Shown here: positions 1 to 10,500 of the stretch, piece after piece | How the letters are laid out: every line of letters begins with the position of its first letter | How positions within the stretch are numbered: the first letter of the stretch is position 1 | Source: Candidatus Eiseniibacteriota bacterium | Lineage (GTDB): Bacteria; Eisenbacteria; RBG-16-71-46 | DNA: 64,000 nt | Direction: 5' to 3' | Assembly: GCA_031364845.1 (NCBI GenBank) | Contig: JANLWX010000007.1 | Span: 1 to 64,000 of the forward strand | The notes under the pieces: model-generated | What the model was told of the DNA's origin: nothing | What the model saw: the letters and a program-made list of their open reading frames with translations, nothing else | The model's database searches: none | Position numbers and translations under genes: made by a program

Positions 1-397
1 CGTCGAGGACCGGCTCCAGATGCTCTACACGTATGGCGTGTGCGAAGGGCGTTTCGACCTGCAGCGCATGGTCGCACTCGGCAGCACGAATCCGGCGCGC
101 ATCTTCGGACTCCATCCGCGCAAGGGCACGATCGCGGTCGGCGCCGATGCGGATCTCGTGGTTTACGATCCCACCGCGCGCGGCACGCGCAGTGCCAAGA
201 CCCATTACTCCAAGTCCGATCGCAGCATCTTCGAAGGCTTCGCCACGAAGGGGAAGCCGACGCACGTGGTCGTCAACGGACGCATTCAGTTCAAGGACGG
301 CGAGCTCGATGTTGAGCGCGGCGCCGGCCGCTTCATGAAGCGCACCGTGACGCACGCGCCGCACAGCGCGGATCAGCCGGCGGCGGTCCGCACGTAG
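1..397 (+). CDS. hydA: Dihydropyrimidinase (D-hydantoinase), 3' part; 5' end lies outside the window
   Basis: Frame is open from position 2 (VEDRLQMLYTYGV...STNPARIFGLHPRKGTIAVGADADLVVYDP...GAGRF), a typical cyclic amidohydrolase C-terminus. preT, preA and an NCS1 transporter are also in the window. Confidence 0.85.
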   Translation, partial: VEDRLQMLYTYGVCEGRFDLQRMVALGSTNPARIFGLHPRKGTIAVGADADLVVYDPTARGTRSAKTHYSKSDRSIFEGFATKGKPTHVVVNGRIQFKDGELDVERGAGRFMKRTVTHAPHSADQPAAVRT

Positions 398-407
398 ACC
401 GGCGCGC

Positions 408-701
408 TCAGCTGGGTTCGCGCACGAGATCCTGATACTCCGGATGCCGCCCGATCCACGCCGCGAAGAACGGGCAGCGCGGCACGACGCCGAGATTCTG
501 CGAGCGCGCGTAGTCGAGCCCGGCGCGGGCGAGATGGCTCGCGACGCCGCGGCCTTCGAGCTCGCGCGGGACGTCGGTATGGACGAACTCCATGACCCCA
601 TCGCCGAGCCGGTACTCGGCGACCGCCACCTTGCCGTCGAGCGTTGCTTCGAATCGGTGCGCTTCCACGTTGTTCACGACCGGGATGATTTCGGAGGGCA
701 T
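408..701 (-). CDS. Small GNAT-family N-acetyltransferase (YjdJ-like)
   Basis: HRFE...FVHTDVPRELEGRGVASHL...VVPRCPF motifs; ATG at 701 with a GGAG RBS. Confidence 0.85.
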   Translation of the reverse strand: MPSEIIPVVNNVEAHRFEATLDGKVAVAEYRLGDGVMEFVHTDVPRELEGRGVASHLARAGLDYARSQNLGVVPRCPFFAAWIGRHPEYQDLVREPS

Positions 702-763
702 GCGTACTCCAGGAATTGAAGTCGGCGAGTGATCGAACGGCGTCCGGCCATCCGGCAACGGGT

Positions 764-1726
764 TCAGCGTGGCGGCAGCGGACACTCGACCATCACGGCG
801 ATGCGCCATTTGCGGTCGGCTTCCTTGCGCCAGATGTGGAGATAAGTGCTCGTTTGGGCGGGGCCGGTCGTGGACGCGCGCTCGAGCGTGCCGTACGTGT
901 AGCCGAGATCGTCGCTCAGCGAAACCCGCGAGCCCTGCGGCCGCAAGCTGAGGAGCATCGGCCCCGTCGCGAGCACGACCTTCACGGAATTGCGGCCTTC
1001 GGCGGGGAAGTCGCCGTCACGATGGAGCCGCACGTCTTCCGACGTCCACTCGTCGAGCGCCGCCACGCCGCGCTTGCGCGAGTCGCGCGCATAGCGGCGA
1101 TCAATCGACGCGAGGTTCGCGCGCGACTTCGGATTCTGCTGTCCCGCGGCCCACGTGTGTCCGGGCTTGGCGCGGAACTCGACGCTTCCAACGCCGTGCT
1201 CCGGCTTCGGGTGGCTGATGCCCATGTCGGCCACCACACGCCATTGTCCATCGAGCTGGCGCATCCACACCGAGGTGAAGTGGCCGTGAGCGATCCGGTC
1301 CGCGGGTGGCGGAACGCCCGCGCTGTCGGACGGCGGCCGGTATTCCCACGGACCGGTCGACCATCCGAGATCGCCGGCGTTCGCCATCTCGCCATGGCTC
1401 GGATCCCAGATCAGCGTCGCCGGGCTCGCCGCGCGTGCGCGCCACGATTCCTTGCCGTTGACCGGCAGCGGCTGGAACAGCACGCCGTCGTCGGCCATGA
1501 AGTGGAGGAACCCCTCGCGCATGCCGCGCTCGACCGACAGCGCCGAGAACGCGCGTTCGGTCGCGATCATGCTGGTGAGCGCGCTGTCCGCGCGCCCGAG
1601 TCCGAGCAGGCCGCGGGCCGGATCGTCGCTGCGCGAGAGCGCGATCGACGGCGTCATGAGCGCGGCCATGAACAGAAATTCCAGCAACGGGGTGCGGCGG
1701 CTCGTCGTCGAGTGGCCATGACGCAT
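764..1726 (-). CDS. Secreted NTF2/SnoaL-like (DUF4440-type) two-domain protein
   Basis: Two ERAF/DRRY...GDLG(W/Y)(S/T)xG...G.F/Y..(V/I)W...W(R) units. ATG overlaps the upstream stop (TGATG). Confidence 0.7.
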   Translation of the reverse strand: MRHGHSTTSRRTPLLEFLFMAALMTPSIALSRSDDPARGLLGLGRADSALTSMIATERAFSALSVERGMREGFLHFMADDGVLFQPLPVNGKESWRARAASPATLIWDPSHGEMANAGDLGWSTGPWEYRPPSDSAGVPPPADRIAHGHFTSVWMRQLDGQWRVVADMGISHPKPEHGVGSVEFRAKPGHTWAAGQQNPKSRANLASIDRRYARDSRKRGVAALDEWTSEDVRLHRDGDFPAEGRNSVKVVLATGPMLLSLRPQGSRVSLSDDLGYTYGTLERASTTGPAQTSTYLHIWRKEADRKWRIAVMVECPLPPR

Positions 1727-2307
1727 CAACGCTTGAGTCCTTTCCCGGTCGCGGGCTTGGCCTTGGGCGTGTAGAAGCCGATGAACGCGTCCGCCCACTT
1801 CTCGCCGCGATCGGCGGACACCTGCCAGTGCTGGCGCACCCGTCCGTCGGGCAGTTTCTGCCACGTGATGCGATTGCGTAGCGGATTGTCGCCGCCGCCC
1901 GGCGAGTCGCCCTCGAGCACCATGCGTCCGTCCTCGAACGTGCCGGCCAGTTCGAGCAGCGTTCCCTGGCTGTCGACCCACGTCTGATGCCACTTGTGGT
2001 CCGCGGTCGAATAGACGTTGAAGCTCCTGCCGTCGGTGCCCTTGCTGCCGCTCCAATTTTCCGTGATCACACAACCGTCGAGGATGCGCTCGATCGTGTT
2101 GGTGCCGGCGAGCGCGCCGTCCTCGGTGAACACGTTCCAGTCGCCGATCCAGAAGTCGAACTGCCGGAACTCGGGGCCCTCGCACGGTCCCGGTTTGACG
2201 ATCGGCTGGGCGGGGGCCGACTGGGCCGCGGCGGTGGCGGCGAATCCCAGCACCGCGAGCGCGCACACGATCAAGACCGCGTGCGTTCTGGAAACGAAAT
2301 CGAACAT
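1726..2307 (-). CDS. Secreted conserved hypothetical protein (DUF1579-like beta-barrel)
   Basis: Signal peptide; PC...EFRQFDFWIGDW.V and WHQTWVD motifs; AGGAGG RBS. Confidence 0.7.
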   Translation of the reverse strand: MFDFVSRTHAVLIVCALAVLGFAATAAAQSAPAQPIVKPGPCEGPEFRQFDFWIGDWNVFTEDGALAGTNTIERILDGCVITENWSGSKGTDGRSFNVYSTADHKWHQTWVDSQGTLLELAGTFEDGRMVLEGDSPGGGDNPLRNRITWQKLPDGRVRQHWQVSADRGEKWADAFIGFYTPKAKPATGKGLKR

Positions 2308-2611
2308 GGCTCCTCCTAAAGTGCCCGGGCGCGCTCAGGATCGCATGCGTGCGCTCGCGCGGCGGGCTTCAGAGGCCGAATGATGCTCCGGAGCCGCCGA
2401 GCGCGGCAAGTCGGGTGCGACGGAGCCCCGCCGGCGTGAGCGTTTCGTGGTCGCGCGAGCGGCACGGAAACCGAACACGACGTTTCAACCACTGGAAAAA
2501 CATGGCATCATGCCCGGCAGACTGAACCCGATTCGAAGCGCGTATCGATCGTCCATGGCGCCATCACCCGGGCTGCCGCGTCCGCAAGATTGTTCCGGAG
2601 GACCCGTTCGC

Positions 2612-3940
2612 ATGACCGTCCCCATCGACGAAGATCGCCTCGAGCGCCACCTGCCGGATGCGAAGCCCACCTATTCGAAGGGCGAAGCGGTAGGAGAAGC
2701 GAACCGCTGCCTGTACTGCCACGATGCGCCGTGCGTCGTGGCGTGCCCGACGGGCATCGACATTCCGGGCTTCATCCGGAAGATCGCCACCGACAACGTG
2801 CGCGGCTCGGCGAAGACGATCCTGTCGGCGAACCTGCTCGGATATTCGTGCGCGCGTGTGTGTCCGGTCGAAGTGCTGTGCGTCGGCGCGTGCGTGTACA
2901 ACGACTGGAATCGGTATCCGCCGATTCCGATCGGCCGGCTCCAGCGCTATTCCGTCGAGACCGTGCTCGAGAACGGATCCGCCGCCACGCTGTTCGAGAA
3001 GGCACCGCCGAACGGCCGCAAAGTCGCGTGCGTCGGCGCCGGGCCCGCGTCGCTCGCGGCCGCGGGTTATCTCGCGCTCGAAGGCTTCGATGTGACGCTG
3101 TTCGAATACCGGAAGGTTCCCGGCGGCCTCAACAGCCACGGCGTGGCGCCCTACAAGATGCCGGTCGGCGGCGCGCTCGCCGAGGTGGATTTCATCCGAT
3201 CGCTTGGCGTGAAGATTCAGGACGGCATGATGGTCGGAACCGACGTCACCGCCGCGCAGCTGATCGACGGCTTCGATGCCACGTTTCTCGGCATCGGGCT
3301 CGGCCGCGACTCCAAGCTCGGCATCCCGGGCGAGGACGGCCCCGGTGTGACCGGAGCGACCGAGTGGATCGAGCGCATGAAGCTCGAGCCGGGCTTCACC
3401 GTGGCGGGCATCGAGCACGCGCTCGTGATCGGCGGCGGCAACACGGCGATCGACGTCGCCCGCGAGCTGGCGAAACTCGGCGTGCCGGACGTCACGATGG
3501 TGTACCGCCGCACCGCCGACGAGATGCCGGGCTACGGTCACGAGATGGAGTACGCCCGCAAGGAAGGCGTGCAGCTCGCCGAGCGCGCGGTGCCGAAGGC
3601 GTTCACGCGCGATGCCGCGGGGCGGTTGATCGGGCTCGCGCTCGATGACGGCCGCTCGCTGCGGGCGGATCTCGCGGTGCTCGGAATCGGCCAGGCGAAG
3701 CTGAAGGAAGTCGCCGCGCTGTTCCCCGGAGTCGAGGTCGATATCAAGGGGCGCATCGTGGTCGATGCGCTGACCGGCCGCACTGGACATCCCAAGGTGT
3801 GGGCGGGAGGCGATGCGATCAGCGGCGGGCAGGAAGTCGTGAACGCGGCGCAGGAAGGCAAGCGCGCCGCGCGCGCGATGTGCGCGGCGCTCGGCGTTGC
3901 GATTCGTCCGGATTCGCCGATGCACGCGGGACACGCGTAG
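2612..3940 (+). CDS. preT: NAD-dependent dihydropyrimidine dehydrogenase subunit PreT (GltD-like Fe-S flavoprotein)
   Basis: EANRCLYCHDAPCVVACPT, CARVCPVEVLCVGAC, GAGPA, GGGNTAID motifs; GGAGGA RBS before ATG 2612. Confidence 0.85.
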   Translation: MTVPIDEDRLERHLPDAKPTYSKGEAVGEANRCLYCHDAPCVVACPTGIDIPGFIRKIATDNVRGSAKTILSANLLGYSCARVCPVEVLCVGACVYNDWNRYPPIPIGRLQRYSVETVLENGSAATLFEKAPPNGRKVACVGAGPASLAAAGYLALEGFDVTLFEYRKVPGGLNSHGVAPYKMPVGGALAEVDFIRSLGVKIQDGMMVGTDVTAAQLIDGFDATFLGIGLGRDSKLGIPGEDGPGVTGATEWIERMKLEPGFTVAGIEHALVIGGGNTAIDVARELAKLGVPDVTMVYRRTADEMPGYGHEMEYARKEGVQLAERAVPKAFTRDAAGRLIGLALDDGRSLRADLAVLGIGQAKLKEVAALFPGVEVDIKGRIVVDALTGRTGHPKVWAGGDAISGGQEVVNAAQEGKRAARAMCAALGVAIRPDSPMHAGHA

Positions 3941-3947
3941 GTTTCTC

Positions 3948-4736
3948 ATGCTGATCGCACAGATCAGCGATTCCCACGTTTCGCTGGCGGGGGACGCGTT
4001 CGATCGCGTGTTCGCGACCGGCGCGCATCTCGAACGCGCCGTTCGACACCTCTGCGAGCTTTCGCGCACGCCCGACTTCGTGATCGTGACGGGCGATTGC
4101 GTCGAGGGCGGAACGCCCGCTGAGTACGAACGCTTCCGCGCGCTGATCCGCCCGCTCGGCGTGCCGGTCTACGTCATTCCCGGGAATCACGACGATCGCC
4201 GCGTCATGCGTGAAGTGTTCGGAGTTCAGGGCACGCGCTCGATGGAACACTTCATCCAGTTCGTCGTGGAAGGCGGCCCGGTGCGGATGATCGCGCTCGA
4301 TTCCCATGTCCCGGGCAGCGCCACCGGTTTCCTGTGCCCGGAGCGGCTCGAGTGGCTGGTCGATCGGCTCGACGAGTCGGCCGCGCCCACGCTGATCGTC
4401 CTCCACCATCCTCCGTTTCGATCCGGCATCCCGGCGCTCGACGCGCTCGGACTCGAGTGTATGGATCTCCTCGGCGCGATCATCGCGCGGCACCCGCACG
4501 TCGAGTGCCTCGCCGCGGGCCACCTGCATCGCTCGATGCATCGGCGCCTCCACGGTGCGCTCGGGATCGTGTGTCCCTCGACTGCGCATGCGATCGAGCT
4601 GGATCTCACGCGATCGCTGCCGCTCACCGCGATCATGGAGCCGCCGGGGTGTGTGCTCCACCAGTGGGACGAACGAGCCGGGCTCGTCTCGCATCTGAGC
4701 CCGATCGGGCGGTTCGAGCGGATCGGCGAAGCGTAG
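3948..4736 (+). CDS. Metallophosphoesterase (CpdA/Icc-like phosphodiesterase)
   Basis: AQISDSH, TGD, PGNHD, HHPP, GHLH calcineurin-like motifs. Confidence 0.85.
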   Translation: MLIAQISDSHVSLAGDAFDRVFATGAHLERAVRHLCELSRTPDFVIVTGDCVEGGTPAEYERFRALIRPLGVPVYVIPGNHDDRRVMREVFGVQGTRSMEHFIQFVVEGGPVRMIALDSHVPGSATGFLCPERLEWLVDRLDESAAPTLIVLHHPPFRSGIPALDALGLECMDLLGAIIARHPHVECLAAGHLHRSMHRRLHGALGIVCPSTAHAIELDLTRSLPLTAIMEPPGCVLHQWDERAGLVSHLSPIGRFERIGEA

Positions 4737-4825
4737 GAGGCGGGCCGATCCGGCTGCCCGGCGCCCGTTGAGGCTCACGATTTCGGTGCCCGCCAGCGCG
4801 TTCCTGAGGGTAGACTCATCGTCCC

Positions 4826-7800
4826 ATGATCCGCCCCGGCCTATCCATCCTGCTCATGCTTCTCGCCGCCCCCGCGCTCGCGGCCCCCGTCCACACGTCG
4901 TACCTGTGGCACATGCACCAGCCGATCTATTGGCCCGATCGCAGCCCCGGCTTCTCGCCGCGCTACGAGTTCGCGCACGAGACGATCGCGCTCGGTCACA
5001 GCCAGAACGACGTGTTCTCGATCTTCAACAACGACGACCGCGTCCGCGATTATCAGGACTACCCGAAGCTCGCGATCCAGTCGGCGCTCGACCAGCCCGA
5101 CGCTGGAGCACAGGTGTCGTTCGCGGGGTCGCTGATTCAGAACGTCACGAGTCTCGGCAGCGCGGGCTGGAACGGCGGCCGCTATGCGTCGAACTGGTGG
5201 CAGCCTTATCGCGACGCGAAGAGTTGGACGACTTCGGGCGGGCGGCCGCGGCTCGATCCGGTCGTGGTCGCGTTCCACCATTCGATCAATCCGCTGGTCG
5301 ACGAAGCGGTGTTCCGCCGCATGATCCAGACGCAGAAGGCGATCATGCCGCAGGCGTGGGGGCCGGGCCCGCTGTCGCAGGGATTCTTCCCGGCTGAGAT
5401 GTGCTTCAGCACGCGCATGATCGAAGTGCTGCAGCAGGAGGGCATCGCGTGGTCGATCGTGCCCGACGTCCACATCGCGCGCGCGTGTGCCAACTATCCG
5501 TACGCGGCGAACCAGGACAACTGCGATCCGCCGAATCGCGCGGACCAGATCAACCCCGCACAGCCGACGTATTACACCCAGAGCATCAGCCGCGGAGTCG
5601 TCACCAAGGTGCCGGCGCCGTTCGGCTTCCGCCCGCACCGCGCGCAGCACGTGAATCCCGAGACGGGTGCGGTGTCGTCGATCGTGGTGGTGCCGGCGGC
5701 GAACGCGATGGGCTGGAACGAGGGCTACGGTCTCTATGGCACGGGCGAGATCAACGCGATCGCAGCGCAGAACGATCCGGCGAAGCCGATGCTGATCCTG
5801 TTCGCGCACGACGGCGACAACGCGTGGTCGGGCGGCAACAGCTACTACACGCAGAACGTGGATCAGTTCTGCGCGCAGGCCGCTGCACAGGGCTACGAGC
5901 CGACCACAATCGCCGAGTATCTCGCCGATCATCCGGTCGATCCCGCCGACATCGTGCACGTCGAAGACGGCGGCTGGGTGAATGCCGACGGCGACTTCGG
6001 CTCGCCGCAGTTCATCAACTGGAACTGGCCGTTGGTGAACGCGTCGGGTCAGTTCGACATCGACAACGGCTGGGCTGAGGACGAGCGCAACTGGGCGGTG
6101 CTCACGGCCGCGACCAACCGCGTGCTGACCGCGGAGCAGATTGCGGCCGCCACACCGAATGCGGGGCGCATCGTCGATCCCACGCAACCGGGCACGACCG
6201 CGGTCGAGAAGGCGTGGCACTACCTGCTGGTCGGTCACGAGAGCGGCTACATGTACTACGGCACCACGCTCGACTTCGAGATCAAGCCCTCGATCGCCGC
6301 GAACCGCGCGGCGGAGTACGCGGATCCGGTGATCCTGTCGGGCGCCGACCTCACGCCGCCGACGGTGTGGCTGCCGCAGCGGCTGCCATGGAATCCGGGT
6401 GGCAACGGTGGTGGATCGTTGTGGGGTTATCCCGGTGGAGCGGGTGCGGTGATGACGCAGGACTTCTGTGTGTGGACGTTCGCCTACGACGTGAGCGGCG
6501 TGGACACGGTGGTGCTGCGCTATCGGACCGATGCGGACGGGCAGAATCCGCTCGGCTCCACCGAGAACGAGACCTACGCCGGCGGCGCGGGCGTAGGTGC
6601 GTGGCAGACGGTTCCGATGGCGCGGCGCGCATTCCCTGCCGGCAACGTTTACAACGATCCGTCGATCAACTTCTCCGTGATGCCGCAGTACATCGCCGAA
6701 CAGTTCACCGCTCACGTCAGCGGGCTCGAGGACGTACTGCTCGACTATTACGTCGAAGCGCGCGACGAGCAGGGCAACGTGCGCAAGAGTCCGATCCAGC
6801 ACGTGTACGTCGGAACCGGCGGCAGCTCGGGCGGCGGCGGCGGGCCCGCGGTGCGCTGGTCGCCGGCGAATCCCGTGGCGGGCGGCACGCTCACGGTCTC
6901 CTACGATGCGGTCGCGGGGGCGCTGCCCGATGGGACGAGCCCGGTACGCATCCATGTCGGGCACAGCGGATGGACGAACGTGATCGCACCCGATCCCACC
7001 ATGACGTTCAATCCCGACAGCGCGCGGTGGTTCTACACGTATTCGATTCCCTCGACCGCGACCGCCGTGGACTTCGTGTTCACCGACGGCGCCAGGAACT
7101 GGGACAACAACGGCGGTGCAGACTGGCACGTCGCGGTGAGCGGCGCGACCGCTCCGGCGCACGTGATCGACGGGACGCTCGATGCGGGAGTGCCGGTCGT
7201 GGCTTCGTGCGGCGGCATCGAGCTGCGCGCCGACTATGACGGCCGCTACCTCTATCTCGCCGCACCCGCGGTGAGCGCGACCGCCAATCTCGACCACTTC
7301 ATCCTCGTTGCGCAGCCGACCACGACCGGCACGACGGCGGCGCCGTGGTCCAAGGCCGGGACAGCTTCGACCTGGGACTGGTTCCTCGCGGGCGAGAACG
7401 ACAACAGCTTTATCGGATGGTTCAACGCCGCGCAGACGCAGCAGGGGACCGCGGCGTTTCAGAAGGCATCGGGTGCGGTGCTCGAAGGCATGCTCGATCT
7501 CGAGACGCTGCTCGGGACGCCGCCGTCGTCGGTCAATGTCGCGTTCGGCGGCTATGCGACCGCGAACGGCGGAGCGCTCACGCTCCAGGCGCCGTGCGGC
7601 AACGGAGACGGTAATCTCGGCGCGCCCGAATGGGTCACGATCCAGGCGCCGAGCGTGGCGGTCGAAGGCGCCTCAAGCGTGAGTCCGCTCGCGATCCGCC
7701 TGCGCTCGACCAATCCCTCGCGTGGATCGATCCGTGCGGCCATCGAGCTCGGTGATGCGACCTTCGCGACCGTCGACCTGATCGACGTGCGCGGCCGTCG

Positions 7801-7951
7801 CGTCGAGCGGCTGTTCCACGGCGGCGCGCGAGGATCGATCGAAGTGGCGACACGCGCGGGCCGAGATGCGAAACTCGCGGCCGGAGTCTACTTCCTCAAC
7901 GTGCGGACTGGTCGCACGTCGGCGTCGGCGCGGGTCGTGATCCTTCCGTGA
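4826..7951 (+). CDS. Secreted GH57/GH119-like alpha-glucanase with a CBM25/CBM53-like starch-binding module and a FlgD/T9SS-like C-terminal domain
   Basis: Signal peptide; WHMHQP, FFPAEMCF and AHDGDN catalytic-region motifs; HVGHSGW...FVFTDG..NWDNNGGADW CBM; C-terminal NPSRG...DVRGRRV...AAGVYFL. Confidence 0.75.
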   Translation: MIRPGLSILLMLLAAPALAAPVHTSYLWHMHQPIYWPDRSPGFSPRYEFAHETIALGHSQNDVFSIFNNDDRVRDYQDYPKLAIQSALDQPDAGAQVSFAGSLIQNVTSLGSAGWNGGRYASNWWQPYRDAKSWTTSGGRPRLDPVVVAFHHSINPLVDEAVFRRMIQTQKAIMPQAWGPGPLSQGFFPAEMCFSTRMIEVLQQEGIAWSIVPDVHIARACANYPYAANQDNCDPPNRADQINPAQPTYYTQSISRGVVTKVPAPFGFRPHRAQHVNPETGAVSSIVVVPAANAMGWNEGYGLYGTGEINAIAAQNDPAKPMLILFAHDGDNAWSGGNSYYTQNVDQFCAQAAAQGYEPTTIAEYLADHPVDPADIVHVEDGGWVNADGDFGSPQFINWNWPLVNASGQFDIDNGWAEDERNWAVLTAATNRVLTAEQIAAATPNAGRIVDPTQPGTTAVEKAWHYLLVGHESGYMYYGTTLDFEIKPSIAANRAAEYADPVILSGADLTPPTVWLPQRLPWNPGGNGGGSLWGYPGGAGAVMTQDFCVWTFAYDVSGVDTVVLRYRTDADGQNPLGSTENETYAGGAGVGAWQTVPMARRAFPAGNVYNDPSINFSVMPQYIAEQFTAHVSGLEDVLLDYYVEARDEQGNVRKSPIQHVYVGTGGSSGGGGGPAVRWSPANPVAGGTLTVSYDAVAGALPDGTSPVRIHVGHSGWTNVIAPDPTMTFNPDSARWFYTYSIPSTATAVDFVFTDGARNWDNNGGADWHVAVSGATAPAHVIDGTLDAGVPVVASCGGIELRADYDGRYLYLAAPAVSATANLDHFILVAQPTTTGTTAAPWSKAGTASTWDWFLAGENDNSFIGWFNAAQTQQGTAAFQKASGAVLEGMLDLETLLGTPPSSVNVAFGGYATANGGALTLQAPCGNGDGNLGAPEWVTIQAPSVAVEGASSVSPLAIRLRSTNPSRGSIRAAIELGDATFATVDLIDVRGRRVERLFHGGARGSIEVATRAGRDAKLAAGVYFLNVRTGRTSASARVVILP

Positions 7952-7972
7952 GTCGTCAGGAACGCCGAGGCC

Positions 7973-10342
7973 TCACCGAAGCACGATCGTCTTACGCATG
8001 ATCGTCCCCGCCTCGGTCGTCAGACGCGCGAAGTACAGCCCCGGCTCGATTCCGCTCCGCGTCCACGGAATCGACGTGTTGCCTTCGGGCAGCATGCCGT
8101 CGTGCGGGCGCGCGACCACGCGGCCGCTCACGTCGTAGACCACGAGCCGCGCGTGCCCGGCCGCGGGGGCCGCGATGGTGAAGGCCGGCCCGCCCGCCGC
8201 GCCTGATTCCACGTTCAGCTCCCATTGCGAAGCCATCGAAGGTCCGTTGCTGTACCTCAGATCGGTGAACGCGATCGCCGGCCGGTCACGGTAGTCATAG
8301 ACCCGTGCCAGCAGGCGGAAGTAGCCGTTGCGCGGGCATTCGATCGCGACCGTCTCGCCGCTTCCGGCCGGGTAATACTCGGATCCGAAGAATCGGACGA
8401 ACCAGTTGACGGTGAACGGGCCGGTGCCGGTGCAGAGCGCGGCATAAACGCCAACCCCTCCGACCTCGCAAGGGTCGAGCGTCACGAGTCGAGCGCTCGG
8501 CGGGGGGCCTTGGAACACCGTGACGCGGATCTGATTCTGGCCGGTGCGGCCCCAGATGTCGGTCGTGATCACGCGCAGATCGAAGTCGACCTCGCTGATC
8601 ACCGATTGCGTGCGCTCGTCGCCGAGCTGCTGCCACGCAGCGCACTCGCCACTGTCGCACGCCGCGCGCATCGCCCACTGATAGCCGGTGGACACCGTTT
8701 CGCTGATCATGCGTGCTTCGTACTCGTGCGGCCCGCCGTCGTCGTATTGAAGAGGGCCCGAGATCTTGGCGCGCGCCGCCCCGCGAATGCCGCGATCGAG
8801 AAAGCCGCGCAGCACCGTCATCGAGTAGCGCCCGTCGTGGTGGTCGTAGTTGGCCTGGAGCACGGCGTCGGCAACGCATGCGAAATCCGGAGCCGACGGC
8901 AGGTAGTCGAGCGCTTCGAGAATCATCTGGTCCGCCTCGGAGCCGATGCGGGTGCGGATGTCCCAGAACGCGCCAGCCAGGATCATGCCGACCGCGTGCG
9001 GATCACGGTATCCGGCATAGCACGCGTAGACGGAGTCCCAGCGGCTGTAGTTGAACTGCCTGGGATCCGAATCGAGCCACCGTGCGGCCCCGCCATGCGC
9101 GGTGTTGCGGTCGCAGGGAATCAGCGTCCACTCGGCGACGCGGGGATCGTTGGTGACCGCGCACGCGAAATAGTCCGAGTAACCTTCCGTCACCGCCTTC
9201 GATTCGATGTCGATACCGCGGATCCCGTAGCTCGCGGTCACAAGATGCTGGGCCTCGTGGTAGATCACGTCGGCCGCGTTGCCGCTGTTGCGATTGACTC
9301 GCAGACACGGCAGGTAGAGAAAGATGCTGTTGGCGAGCGGATTCGCATAGGCGACGCCGCACGCATTCCCTTCAGACTCGTTGGGATAAGCCTTGATCCT
9401 GAGCGGGATCGCGAATCCGCGCTGCCGCATGTAGTCGATGAAGTGGTCGACGTGCCAGTAGACGTTGGCCTCGGTGAGATGTTGCGCAGAAGACTCGTCG
9501 AACAGGAACTCGCCGGCGACACCTTCAGCGTCGGGCCCGCCTTCGTTGTGCACTTCGACATGCTCGCCGGTGAGCGCCGTTTCACTCGCGAGCCTCGGAA
9601 ATGGCACCGTCACGGGGATCGCGGGCGGCTTGTCGTTGACCGGGTAGATGTTGCCGCGTCCCTCGAACGACGTGCTCAGCGTGATGACGCGCACGAACGA
9701 TCCGTCGTGCGCATCGACCCACACTTCGTGCTCGCGATGATCGGGCCGCGTCTCGACCATCACCTGATGGACGAGGTGATCGCGGCCTTCGCGCGTGACG
9801 GCGAGCCGCGACGAGAGCACGATCGACTCCGTGCCCATGCGCGCGCGCGCGCGACGCTCGGCGTCGGCCGCGGTGAGCGTGGGAGTGGTCGACACCTCGA
9901 GTCCCTCGACGACGTCCCCCGTGATCATGCGCACGTCGCCGCCGGTGCCCAATGCCACGGCATATTCGCCGCCAAGCACCGGGACGCCGCGATAGGTCTG
10001 CGTCATGCGTGCGTGACGAACGCCTTTGCGTTCCCACTCGCGCGCGAACACGAAGCGATCGAGTCCGCGGCGCAGGCGGAACAGATCGGCGTGCTCTTCG
10101 AAAATCTGCTCCACCGCATGCGCGCGATCCGACTCCCAGCCTGCGAGCGGCGTGGCGTTCTCACCGAGGATCGTGCGGGGGATGCCACCCGAGAGATCGC
10201 GGCGGATCGTCCACTCGGATGCGCCGCGCGCGGAGAATCGGGCGAAGGCGGGATCGGCGGCAGGTTTCGGTGACTGCGCCGAGGCAGCGGGCACGAACAA
10301 CAGCACCGCAAGGACCGCCGTGGCCAGCATGTTGCATTTCAT
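7973..10342 (-). CDS. Secreted M4/M36 (thermolysin/fungalysin-like) metallopeptidase with FTP/PepSY propeptide and FlgD/T9SS-like C-terminal domain
   Basis: QTYRGVPV (FTP), WVDAHDG (PepSY), DVIYHEAQH plus EGYSDY zinc motifs, YDVSGRVV...PGLYFARL tail. Start codon slightly uncertain. Confidence 0.8.
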   Translation of the reverse strand: MKCNMLATAVLAVLLFVPAASAQSPKPAADPAFARFSARGASEWTIRRDLSGGIPRTILGENATPLAGWESDRAHAVEQIFEEHADLFRLRRGLDRFVFAREWERKGVRHARMTQTYRGVPVLGGEYAVALGTGGDVRMITGDVVEGLEVSTTPTLTAADAERRARARMGTESIVLSSRLAVTREGRDHLVHQVMVETRPDHREHEVWVDAHDGSFVRVITLSTSFEGRGNIYPVNDKPPAIPVTVPFPRLASETALTGEHVEVHNEGGPDAEGVAGEFLFDESSAQHLTEANVYWHVDHFIDYMRQRGFAIPLRIKAYPNESEGNACGVAYANPLANSIFLYLPCLRVNRNSGNAADVIYHEAQHLVTASYGIRGIDIESKAVTEGYSDYFACAVTNDPRVAEWTLIPCDRNTAHGGAARWLDSDPRQFNYSRWDSVYACYAGYRDPHAVGMILAGAFWDIRTRIGSEADQMILEALDYLPSAPDFACVADAVLQANYDHHDGRYSMTVLRGFLDRGIRGAARAKISGPLQYDDGGPHEYEARMISETVSTGYQWAMRAACDSGECAAWQQLGDERTQSVISEVDFDLRVITTDIWGRTGQNQIRVTVFQGPPPSARLVTLDPCEVGGVGVYAALCTGTGPFTVNWFVRFFGSEYYPAGSGETVAIECPRNGYFRLLARVYDYRDRPAIAFTDLRYSNGPSMASQWELNVESGAAGGPAFTIAAPAAGHARLVVYDVSGRVVARPHDGMLPEGNTSIPWTRSGIEPGLYFARLTTEAGTIMRKTIVLR

Positions 10343-10500
10343 AAGAGTGATCTCGCGACCCGGTCCTGCGGAACTCGATTGCGTGAAGCGGAGGCGGTCG
10401 CAGAGAAGGGCCGCTCGAGTGAATGAGGTTAGGCAGCAGCGGTCCGCAGGGCAACAACAAACATCGCGCCGCAGGGTCCTGCGCCCCCGCGACGGCGCCG

